This document shows, in pieces, positions 36,420-47,121 of a stretch of DNA of 64,000 nt. The notes beneath the pieces were generated by a model that was given only the letters and a program-made list of their open reading frames with translations, did not search any database and was not told the DNA's origin. The position numbers were made by a program, and so were the translations under genes. Location: assembly GCF_001194135.2 (NCBI RefSeq), contig NC_068993.1, positions 55,215,431 through 55,279,430 of the forward strand, written 5' to 3'. This DNA comes from Octopus bimaculoides. Its lineage: Eukaryota. Numbering within the stretch: position 1 is the stretch's first letter; every line of letters starts with the position of its first letter.

Positions 36420-36830
36420 TTACTGAGAGCCTCCTCTAATATGTGGTACTTGGTGAAAAATGGGGTTTGATGTAGCTACCCTTATTTGCACCTCTTGCCG
36501 TGAGGTAAGTTCATCTGGGATGAGGTTTAGCTTTGATTTAAAAACGCCTACATATATTTTGTGCAGGTTCCATAGGCTTTTTGGGAGAATATTAAAAAGC
36601 TGTGGGCCCCTGAAAATCAGGCTGTTGCAGTAACTGGTCCTGAAGCACGATGGCGTTACTGGGATTTTTGGCACAATGCAGTGTCGTCCCGTTCTGGCAT
36701 TGGTGTAGCTTTCAATGCCAAAATTTGGCACAATTCTTTCCAGGATCTTCCAGATATATATTACTGCATACCTCTCCTACCTTCTCACCAGGGAGTAGAG
36801 ACATGCAACATAAAGAATAGCCTTCGAAAC
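36420..36830 (-). mobile_element. CR1/L2-like LINE 3' fragment
   Basis: RRERYAVIYIWKILERIVPNFG...NSLIFRGPQLFNILPKSL...FKSKLNLIPDE, typical C-terminus of CR1-group ORF2. Confidence 0.7.
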
Positions 36831-37099
36831 ACGGAGTAGATGGAGCAGGAACAACTGATGAAGGGAAATATTCTTTATGTTGCATGTCTCGTCTCTTCTT
36901 TATGTTGCAGGGGTAGCTCTCTGAACTTTGCCCAGCCTAAGCTTATTCTCACAGCTACGCTCTTGGAACAACCACCTCCACTACTAACCTGGTCGCTTAG
37001 TTACCAGAAGCTATCTACTACCTCTACCTTGCACCTCCTGGCAGTTGATGGAGTCTATTTTCTGCACATGTTCAGCATTTATTATGCCTGTGTATCTTC

Positions 37100-37530
37100 T
37101 ACATACAAAAGTTAATTTCTGTTAACCTTCCTTTGATATTGCTGCACCTTTTGTGTGTCCAAAGCTTACACTGGATGCATTTTATGGAGTTTCTACTTAC
37201 ACCTTTTCTACAGATTGAGCAGGACCATCTACCTGAGGAGATTTGTGACTTGTTTGCCTTTCTGTTTACTATGACTTTGGTTTTTGCTAGGTTAACTCTA
37301 AGGCCCTTTGATTCTAGATCTTGTTTCCATACCTGGAACTTCTCTAGCTCAGGTAGTGATTCAGCTATAAGAGCAAGGTCATCAGCATAGAGGAGCTCCC
37401 AGGGGCATCCTGTCTTGAATTCCTCCATTATTGCCTGGATGACTATGATGAACAAGAGGGGCCTGAGCACTGATCCTTGGTGAACCCCTATTTGTACCCT
37501 GAATTCTTTGCTGCACTCGTTGCCCACCCT
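37100..37530 (-). mobile_element. Non-LTR reverse transcriptase fragment (RTE-like) with Cys/His finger
   Basis: GVHQGSVLRPLLF...LLYADDLALIAES...GLRVNLAKTKV followed by CSICRKGV..NSIKCIQCKLWTHKRC. Confidence 0.9.
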
Positions 37531-38398
37531 TATATATATAAGCAAACTTCCAAAGTCTTGTGTGTGGATTTGGTAGGCAGAAACTGAAAGAAGCCTTGTT
37601 GTATGTGTGTCAGTACCACTGCTTGACAACTGGTATTGGTGTATTTACATCCCCATAACTTAGCAGTTTAGCAAAAGAAACTGATAGAATAAGTAGCAAG
37701 TAAAACACTGGTTGAATTCTGACACATTTAGAACATGAGGAAAGGAAACCGCTCCTATGGAGAACATTGATGTTCAGTCACTTGGATTACTGCTCCCAAA
37801 AATGGCAAATTAACAGCAGAATGAGACATTCTAATGTCACTGTACCAAGAAGATTGCCTCAGTGCAATAGATAAACTACAGGAAGTGGTAAAAAAGGGCT
37901 GAGGCTCCACTCTCTGAAGAGAAAATGTAAAAAGACATGCAGTGAAATATATGTGAAGGATCTTGAAACATCTAGCAGCCAACTTTGGGGTTGAAAGCCA
38001 TACCAGTCACTGGACTGGATGCGACTCCATAGCACCAAAGATCCTGCCCTCTCTGTCCAAAGGAACCTACACTGTAACAACTTAGGGTTCAAAGGTCTGC
38101 AACCTTTCAATATCTTGTCAAAAGGCCTCAGAGGCCTGAGGTATAGATGTGGATTAAATTTTTTATCAGATGTATCGGATGAAACAGTATCCAAGCAAGA
38201 AATGCAAAGAAGGTGACCAGTGTTCAACTCACTACTTTACCAAGACTGATTCTGGAGAAATGGTCAGGAAGTGAGTCTAAGATAAGCAAGTACTCACACA
38301 TGGTGGTGCCCTAGCATGGGCATGACCTCTGGTTGAAACTGATAATAGAATGTTAGAATATATACATATTTATATGTGTGTGTGTATATGTATATGTT

Positions 38399-38430
<32 letters not shown>

Positions 38431-38947
38431 CAAAAACATACATATATACATATGTATAAATATATACATACATACACACACACAAATATATGCATATACA
38501 TGTATATGTATAGATATATATACATATGTATAAATATATATGCATATATGTACACGTGTGTGTGCGCATATATTATTATTATTATATGATCGCCACAGCC
38601 TGCCATGTACCTTATGTATACCTCCTCCTCTTTTCTTCTTCCTCTTATATTTAGTATTATTATAGTTTTGGTTTTGTTTGCTATTTTACCATTTTTATTT
38701 GTATTTTTTACTTATTGTTCCCTCCCTATACAAGCAACATAAAACACTTGACCATTGCACATTGTATGAGTACACTTTTGATGCAAGTCTGATGAAGCAT
38801 CCCCCCAATACAATCAATTACACATATTGCATGATGGTTCACAGACAATGGCTTTAGAAATGGAGAGATACTGAAAAAATTCTAATTAGCAATAAAGATG
38901 TGCTAAATTCATTCTTCCATCTAATTACTTTGATTATATATATACAT

Positions 38948-39325
38948 AGGCACAGGTGCAGCTGTGGTAAGATGCTTGCTTCCCAACTACATGGTTCTAG
39001 GTTCAGTCTCACTGTGTGGCACCTTGGGAAAATGTCTTCTACTAGAGCCTCAGGCCAACCAAAGCCTTGTGAGTGGATTTGGTAGACGGAAACTGAAAGA
39101 AGCCCATCATATATATATATATATATATATAAAAATGTGTGTGTGTATTTGTGTGTGTCTGTTTGTTCTCCCACCATCGCTTGACAACCGATGTTGGCAT
39201 GTTTATGTTCCCATAACTTAGTGATAGAATAAGTACAAAGAACAAGTCCTAGGATCGATTTCTTTGACTAAAGGTGGTGCTCCAGCATGAACGCAGTCAA
39301 ATTACTAAAACAAGTAAAAGAATAT
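38948..39325 (+). mobile_element. Composite SINE: CORE-like head module + (TA)n(TG)n + second conserved module
   Basis: Head 38948-39110, microsatellite spacer, then gtttgttctcccaccatcgcttgacaaccg...ggtgctccagcatg...aaacaagtaaaagaat. Same arrangement at 161-546, 43553-43935, 50487-50850 and 58978-59345. Confidence 0.75.
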
Positions 39326-40188
39326 ATGCACTTACACACATGTGCAGAACCTTTGCCCTCACATCCCATCTTCCCAACACCTCCCCTGGCCGTGTTCATC
39401 TCCCACTTTCCCTTGCAAAGTTACCCTCTGCTCCTATCGAATCTTTAGTCCCTTTTATTATATACATCTCCCTGTAATTTAGGTATACACCCTATCACAT
39501 CTTGAACTTATCTCTCTCCCCCTCCAACTGAGAGAGCCATGTATCTCTTCTACAGCAACACACACATTTCTGTTCCTCTATTCATAATCTGCTATTTTCA
39601 TCAGCAAACTCAAAGCTACTTTCCTCAATACTACTCCCCAATCAGCTGACAGGGCTTCATCTTGCAAGTTACTTGGAGACCTCACTAATGCTGGTGCCAC
39701 ATAGAAAGCATTGTGTACATTGTGTAAAGTAGTTGGCATTAGGAAGGACATCGGACTGTAAAAACTATACCAAAGCAGACAGTAGAACTTTCTAAGTCAT
39801 TTGACAGGAGCTGGAGTTTTAGTTCATTCTGCTGTCTTCTTTGACCCATAATACTTAACTGTTTCAATGTTCATAAATTCTGATGATTCACCATGCATCG
39901 CAATATCTCTAAGAGATTTCTTCATCATTATTATAGCCAAACAGTTCTTTTGAGGTAAGTTGCTGGCACTATAGATTGATGACACGTTTGATTTGATCTT
40001 TTTTTCCAAGACTAATAAAAATCTTTCTCTCTAAACGGTCAAACAAGGGTTTCCACTTACTTGCTGGAATCATTGTCTTTATTTTTGTATTCAAGAGTTC
40101 ATTCTGCTACCTCCATTGTTTCATAATGCTTAACTAATGCCTTAACATTCATAAACCCTGACGTTTAACTCTGCATTATAACAATTTG

Positions 40189-40520
40189 AAACAAGAGCAC
40201 TCACCGAGCACAAACCTCCGTCAAGGCAACAGCGTCTTCTCAACGATTAGCCAGAGATGATTTTTAAAATGAGAATATCTGAAATAAACTTAATTGCTCT
40301 CACAAACAAGAATACTAAAAATGAACCTGACCGCTCTCAAAAATTAAGTAGAAAATCTGGAAAAATAATCCAGAATCCTTGTCCAGGACCAGATTGATCC
40401 CAAAATCTAATCAGTTCATGCCAGTTAACATCCCTGAAAGTTTCATCCGAATCCATCCAATGATTCTTGAGATATCTTGTCCATGGACAAACAAACAAAC
40501 AGCCCTTTTTAGGTCTTAAA
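40189..40520 (+). mobile_element. Possible Helentron/HINE-like non-autonomous element (truncated by gap)
   Basis: Starts aaacaagagc; contains gaaagtttcatccgaatccatcc..ttgagatatcttg followed by (acaa)n, resembling molluscan Helentron-associated MITE-like repeats. Confidence 0.45.
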
Positions 40521-41103
40521 NNNNNNNNNNNNNNNNNNNNNNNNNNNNNNNNNNNNNNNNNNNNNNNNNNNNNNNNNNNNNNNNNNNNNNNNNNNNNNNN
40601 NNNNNNNNNNNNNNNNNNNNNNNNNNNNNNNNNNNNNNNNNNNNNNNNNNNNNNNNNNNNNNNNNNNNNNNNNNNNNNNNNNNNNNNNNNNNNNNNNNNN
40701 NNNNNNNNNNNNNNNNNNNNNNNNNNNNNNNNNNNNNNNNNNNNNNNNNNNNNNNNNNNNNNNNNNNNNNNNNNNNNNNNNNNNNNNNNNNNNNNNNNNN
40801 NNNNNNNNNNNNNNNNNNNNNNNNNNNNNNNNNNNNNNNNNNNNNNNNNNNNNNNNNNNNNNNNNNNNNNNNNNNNNNNNNNNNNNNNNNNNNNNNNNNN
40901 NNNNNNNNNNNNNNNNNNNNNNNNNNNNNNNNNNNNNNNNNNNNNNNNNNNNNNNNNNNNNNNNNNNNCAGTCAAAATGACTGAAATGAATGAAAGAAAA
41001 GAAAGAAAGATAACAGTTTATTGATAACTTCCGTTACATTTTTAAAGAATTAACTGATTAATGGTTATGAAAGTTAACAGATTAACAGTGCCCACCTTTG
41101 CAT

Positions 41104-41158
<55 letters not shown>

Positions 41159-41159
41159 C

Positions 41160-41410
41160 ATATGGTGGTTGTCTACTCCTTACGTAGAGTGTGGCCACCT
41201 TCTGTACCTACACCTTAGATCTATTATGGCGTTTAATGTGGTTTTTTAAGCCAATGTATTGAAAAGACACCCATATAAATTGCATATTTGATTTGGACCA
41301 CCAAGAGCTGCAGTTAAGTTCTGATCTTTGTGGAGTTTAAAATGTCTGTTGAGACCTGCATTAGATTTGCAGACCTTATGGCAAACACAGCATTGAAAGG
41401 TATGCACATA
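41160..41410 (-). mobile_element. RTE-type LINE 3' end with C2H2 zinc finger
   Basis: FQCCVCHKVCKSNAGLNRHFKLH plus a second decayed finger ICNLYGCLFNTLA. Confidence 0.6.
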
Positions 41411-41801
41411 TATATAGGCAGAATAGTTGGTGGAGGTTCGTTTCTCATGGGTATACATTAAGTATGATATAGGGATGGATATCTTACACATACACACCAG
41501 AAATAAAAAATGAGTGTCTGAGCCTGTGGCTGGCTGCAATTAAGCACTATTGAAAAGGTCTAAAACAGGCCAAAGTGAATCTGGTGCTCTTGCTCGTCAA
41601 TGCTGGGATGAATTTTTGTCCCTCTCTCTGATATTGTGTTTTTTAACATATCAAGTCCATAAGAAATGCAATCTTAGGAAAAATACTGGTCTATCAACTC
41701 TGGGCATACATTAAGTATGATACAGAGATGGCTATTTTACATGTGCATATGCTTTTCTATTATCACTTTTAGTCAAAGGTTATGGCTATTCTGGTACTAC
41801 C

Positions 41802-41835
<34 letters not shown>

Positions 41836-41845
41836 NNNNNNNNNN

Positions 41846-41879
<34 letters not shown>

Positions 41880-42047
41880 TTTGTTTTTGTATTTGGTTTG
41901 CAAAATTCTTGAGGTGAATTTGTGTGTTGAAACAAATTTTGTTGGGTCTTGAGAGAGTCATTACACCAACAATATGACATGCCACCATACCAATGCTTGT
42001 GCTAGTATTATTGGTGTAATAACTCTCCCAAGACACAACAATATGTA

Positions 42048-42086
<39 letters not shown>

Positions 42087-42095
42087 TTATTTATA

Positions 42096-42248
42096 TAAGG
42101 GCATTACTATACAATAATGCCTCACGCTGTTTTTAAGAGGCTGGTTTGGAGAGTTGCATTCCCTCGTTTGGTAAAAATGTGTTTTTTATGGTAGTCTGAC
42201 CTTAGAGTCCCTCATAGCGTGAGGCATTATTGTATAGCAATGCCCTTA
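42096..42248. mobile_element. 153-bp MITE with 33-bp terminal inverted repeats in TA-rich flanks
   Basis: 42096-42128 taagggcattactatacaataatgcctcacgct vs 42216-42248 agcgtgaggcattattgtatagcaatgccctta (1 mismatch). Confidence 0.8.
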
Positions 42249-42361
42249 TATAAATAAATATATATTTTGGGAATAAATGATGGATTTTTTTCCTCTTATG
42301 TTTTTTTTCACGCTAGCTACTTGATAAATTCTTGTAAAAGAATTCATCCTATTATTGAATT

Positions 42362-42400
<39 letters not shown>

Positions 42401-42690
42401 ATGTATGTATATAAACATGCATGTGTTGATTTTATTTTTGTGAATGAGTTTATAATTTCTCTCAACTTCACATGAATTTGCTGACTCTATGCAACAATAT
42501 AGATAATGTCCTTGCTTTGCAGTAACCACAGAAAGCCTGTCCAGGTTTTTTGATATGTTGCATGGTCTTTGTAGACAAAAGGTTCATTCAAACAGCATTG
42601 TATGTTCCCAGTTCATCACGTAGCTATTGTTGTCCAACAAAGGAGGAGATCGTTACCGTGCTTGAAAATAGGTGGAAGTGCATCCGATTG

Positions 42691-42918
42691 TATGAGGGTG
42701 TGCTGAAAAGTTCCCGGCTTTGTGCAAAAGAAAACACAGGAAGATCAGTTAATTATGATTTTATTTAACATATTCCCTATTCCCTTCTTAGATTCACACA
42801 CTTATTGCAGTGGTCCTTCAGTTTTTCTAAGCCTTGTAAAAGAACTCAGAAAGTTGGCCCTCCAACCAAGACTTTTGTGATACCCTTAAAGCCAAGAACT
42901 TTTCAGCACCCCCTCGTA
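42691..42918. mobile_element. mariner-derived MITE
   Basis: TIRs tatgagggtgtgctgaaaagttcccggcttt / aaagccaagaacttttcagcaccccctcgta with TA ends. Confidence 0.8.
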
Positions 42919-43936
42919 GACTAGCCAACATTATATCTCTCCTGTCCTCCTCACCCTAGCATCTCTATCATCTTCACTACCCCTGTTGCTGTATTCCCAC
43001 CTCTTCTCCCACCCTCTACCTTCCACAACCCATGATTCTTCTTTCATCCACCCTTCAACCCAACCCATTTCAACAGCCTGCCTCCCTGCCTTTCATTCAC
43101 TTTCCATGCAATCCTGCAAACCATCCACTTCTACACAGCTTCTGCTTTCAGGGGGCTACCTAAGCACCTTATCTCCATTATCTATATCTTGCAGCGCCTA
43201 CTAACCATTTTCTCATTCTTCCTGTTTTCCCTTACTAGACATGAACAGCCATGCACATCCCTCTACAGGAAATGCTCTGCGTACACCCCCCTCGTTCCCT
43301 AGCATGAAGTTGAACCCCCACCCCCCTGCACCTTCTCCAGGGCTTGCAGACCTGCGAACTGCATGACGACCTCAATGGTGCAGGCAGGATGAAAAAATTA
43401 CCCAGTCTGTGCTGTAAAGCGATACACATTCGGAAGGGCATCCAGCCGTAAAAGCCAAGCCGAAGCTGTTGCATGATGCAGACTTGAAACACATCAGATC
43501 CTGTCAAACCCATGCCAGTTAGGAAAGTGGACGTTAAATGTTTTTTTATATATATATTCTTTTATTTGTTTCAATCCTTTGGCTGCAGCCATGCTGGAGC
43601 ACCGCCTTTAGTTGAACAAATCGACCCAGGACTTATTCTTTGTAAGCCTAGTACTTATACTATCGGTCTCTTTTGCCGAACTGCTAAGTTACAGGGAAAT
43701 AAACACACCAACATCGGTGTCGAGAAATGATTGGGGAGGGGAGACAAACACACAAACACATACATATATATATACGACGGGCTTCTTTCAGTTTCCGTCT
43801 ACCAAATCCACTCACAAGGCTTTGATTGGCCCGAGGCTATAGTAGAAGACACTTGCCCCAGGTATCAAGCAGTGGGACTGAACCCGGAACTATGTGGTTG
43901 GAAAGCAAGTTTCTTACCACATAGCTACCACTGCGC

Positions 43937-44003
<67 letters not shown>

Positions 44004-44403
44004 TATACACATATATAAATCTACGTACGCATATATATACGCATACACATAAATTTATATCTACATACACGTCTATATATGTATATGCACATGTATGTGC
44101 GTGTGTTCGTGCACTTGTACATATGCCATGTCGTTATTTGCTAGAACACATCTTTAGAGAATCGATATGATTCTCCAGGGATATAAATGTTAACGCATGA
44201 CATTCTATATCCGTTCTGATGGTGGTCACCCATCTGAGGTAGATTCATAATTTGATCGATCCAAATAGCTATTCTAGCCTTGGCTACTAAATGCGAAACT
44301 CGTCACAAAAAGAATTGCAGAATGTGGTTTTATAATTATGCATAGGATCATACATGCACACAAACACACCCACATATTTGTCGCAAATAAATTTTTATTA
44401 TAC

Positions 44404-45408
44404 CTTGTCAAGTTGTGCAGCTACCACGTGGGCTTCGTAATCTGAAGTGTGTAGAATAGGTGAGGAACATTCATAACCTTTGTAAAGAGTGGTTAGACTA
44501 GAAAAACTGGTTTGTTGCTGAGGAATGTTGAAACACCTCAAAAGCTTCCCGTTGTGAACTTCCATCAAATATCTTTCTTCGGTAAATACAAACATTCGAA
44601 CCTGTAATGTATCGGCCCACTCGTTCGATCCTTGTTGTTTAGCTTTAATTGATATTGAACAGTGAGTGATAAAAAGGTGTTGAATGGTCGTTGAGTGGGC
44701 CAAAGGTAAGATTCGAGAAATGTCGATTGTTTGAAACGAATTAAAGCTTTGATTGAACATCACACCGAAATATTCTGATTTCTCTCTGTTTTTGTGTTTG
44801 TCGAAAACATGACCGATTATAAGTGACATGTTAATTAAATCATAACAACAAAGTAATTTAAAGTTGTTATAAGAACGTTCTGGGTATGACAAACGATCCA
44901 GGCGGACTGTTTTCAACTCTAACTCGTAACTCCCATCAGATGAAAGAGCTAGTTGTAGTTCGGAGTCTGAAATCCACATTAAACTAGGCCCATCCACAAG
45001 CTGTACATTCTGATACATCGACTTGATTTTAGATGTGACAGCCAATTCAGGTTGTTTAGTGTCAATAACATAACGTCTTAACGGAAGCAGTTTATCAGAG
45101 CAGTAAGACACGATAATAAAAGTTACTTGCTGCTCTTTTAAGCACTGCAAAAATGCACATGTAATAGTTTTACCCGTAGAGATCTCTTTAATATTTTCTG
45201 TGCTAATTATCGTCCATTCTCCGATGGAAGGTAAGAATAAATTACAAAGACGATGTCTTGATAATGACAATTGTTGGCAGCTGTTAGAAGTGGATTTGCA
45301 GTATTCAAAACGATAACTTTCATCGTTTAAAGTAGAACTAAATGTATCAATGGTAAAATTATGGATAATTCCCTCTTCTGAAGCAACGATATTTTGACAG
45401 GAAGTCAT
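44404..45408 (-). CDS. FANCB: FANCB coding exon 1 (N-terminal domain, 335 aa)
   Basis: Open frame from ATG 45408 (MTSCQNIV...) to AAG|GTATAA donor at 44403, phase 0. Motifs VQLVDGPSLMW, DISRILPLAHSTTIQHLFITHC and MFVFTEERYLMEVHNGKLLRCFNIP resemble vertebrate FANCB (recalled: [52 protein letters not shown]). Confidence 0.88.
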
Positions 45409-45613
45409 CGAAATGATATTAGAATAAATAAAGAATGAATTATGATGCACAACGGGTGAAGACGAATGAAAAGTGTCGCACAATTAGGACAATCTGAATT
45501 TTGCGCGTAAATTCACGTTACCGGATGTAAGGGGAGATAATTGGTGAAGAGCGACTAGTATGAAGATAAAAAAGGTCGCAGCGCTTTTTTATTCCTGAAA
45601 TTAGTGATCAGAA
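45409..45613. promoter_or_regulatory. Probable bidirectional promoter/5' UTRs shared by FANCB and 14-3-3
   Basis: 205 bp between divergent ATGs; CpG-rich (gcgcg, ccgg, gtcgc, gcgct) and free of repeats. Confidence 0.7.
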
Positions 45614-46399
45614 ATGGCGGACAGGGAGGAACTAGTTTATATGGCCAAACTGGCTGAACAAGCTGAAAGGTACGATGAAATGGTGAGCAATATGAAAAGT
45701 GTTGCGAACCAAGGTACAGAGCTGTCGGTAGAAGAACGTAACCTTTTGTCTGTTGCTTATAAAAATGTTATAGGAGCTCGGCGGGCCTCTTGGCGAATCA
45801 TAAGTAGCTTGGAGCAAAAGGAAGATTCGAAAGGCAACGAACAACGTCTCCGTTTGATTTGCAGTTACCGGGAAAATATTGAAGTTGAACTGAAACGAAT
45901 CTGCAAGGATGTTCTCGATGTTCTCGACAATCAATTGCTGCCAATAGCCAGTTCTGGAGAGTCGAATGTATTTTACTTTAAAATGAAAGGCGATTATCAT
46001 CGTTATCTGGCGGAATTCGCAGTTGGTGATGATAGAAAAGAAACTGCCGAAGAAAGTCTCAAAGCTTACAAACGTGCAAGCGAAATTGCCTCAAGCGAGC
46101 TCACCTCTACGCATCCGATCCGACTTGGTTTGGCGCTCAATTTCTCTGTGTTCTACTATGAAACTCTTAGTAACCCCGTGAGAGCCTGCGCCTTGGCTAA
46201 AAGCGCCTTCGATGAAGCTATCGCTGAGCTGGACACACTCAGCGAAGAAAGCTACAAAGATTCCACGCTCATCATGCAGCTCCTTCGGGATAATCTCACC
46301 TTGTGGACATCGGACATGCAGACCGAGGAATGTGACCAGAAGGCTGACCCGAAAGGGGAACAGCCACAGGATGGAGGTGATCCTGCGCCAGAAGCTTAA
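45614..46399 (+). CDS. YWHAE: 14-3-3 protein, epsilon-type, single-exon CDS (261 aa)
   Basis: Uninterrupted [27 protein letters not shown]. Both 14-3-3 signatures present ([11 protein letters not shown]; [20 protein letters not shown]). Phosphopeptide-binding K/R/R/Y residues ([14 protein letters not shown]) intact. Epsilon type from the N-terminus and [10 protein letters not shown]. Confidence 0.97.
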   Translation: MADREELVYMAKLAEQAERYDEMVSNMKSVANQGTELSVEERNLLSVAYKNVIGARRASWRIISSLEQKEDSKGNEQRLRLICSYRENIEVELKRICKDVLDVLDNQLLPIASSGESNVFYFKMKGDYHRYLAEFAVGDDRKETAEESLKAYKRASEIASSELTSTHPIRLGLALNFSVFYYETLSNPVRACALAKSAFDEAIAELDTLSEESYKDSTLIMQLLRDNLTLWTSDMQTEECDQKADPKGEQPQDGGDPAPEA

Positions 46400-46997
46400 G
46401 GAAAAAAAAAAAAAAAAAAGAAATTTGTCATAAAGTTTCTTTCGTTGTTAAGAAAAAAAAAAAGAAAGAAAAAAACGAAACAGCTTTATAAGAACAGCAA
46501 CAGCCAAGGTCCCCCTTACTACTACTACTACGATAACTACTACTAGTAGTCTACTTTGAACTAATTATATACATACACACACAGACACTCACATATATAT
46601 ATACACACATTAAGTAGTAGTCTAGCTGTTTCTTCTCTTTCCTCATTACATCTCTTTAACATCTTTCTTTCTCTACTATGTCTGTCTGTCTCTGTCTCTC
46701 TCTGTCCCTTGCTGCTGCTGGGGCCGTACCTTCTATACCCCACTTAACACCGTAATAGTCGGCTGTTGCAGCAGTAAACCGAGCAGAAACAGTAACAAAA
46801 CAACAACAACAACACAAAATATCAGAGAAAAGAAGACAAAAAAAAAAATTTTAAAAAGTCGAAGGAAAAAAAAACAAAAAAAAAGATAATTCAATTTCCA
46901 GAAAGAAGAAGAAAACGCAAGGATCGATGTAGTCTCGTCTTTGAAACATAATTTCATCATTTATCTTTCTCTTCTCTGTCATATATCTATATATATA

Positions 46998-47032
<35 letters not shown>

Positions 47033-47089
47033 CTTTTTTGCTGTATTGTTTCTGTATTGAATATATATATACATATATATATATACATC

Positions 47090-47121
<32 letters not shown>

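Noticed and set aside
45409-45483. N-terminal extension of the FANCB ORF (track starts at 45483)
   Set aside because: The track start is TTG right after a stop; the first ATG in frame is 45408.
45499-45512. E2F-like site ttttgcgcgtaaa in the bidirectional promoter
   Set aside because: Does not match TTTSSCGC exactly; too short to support alone.
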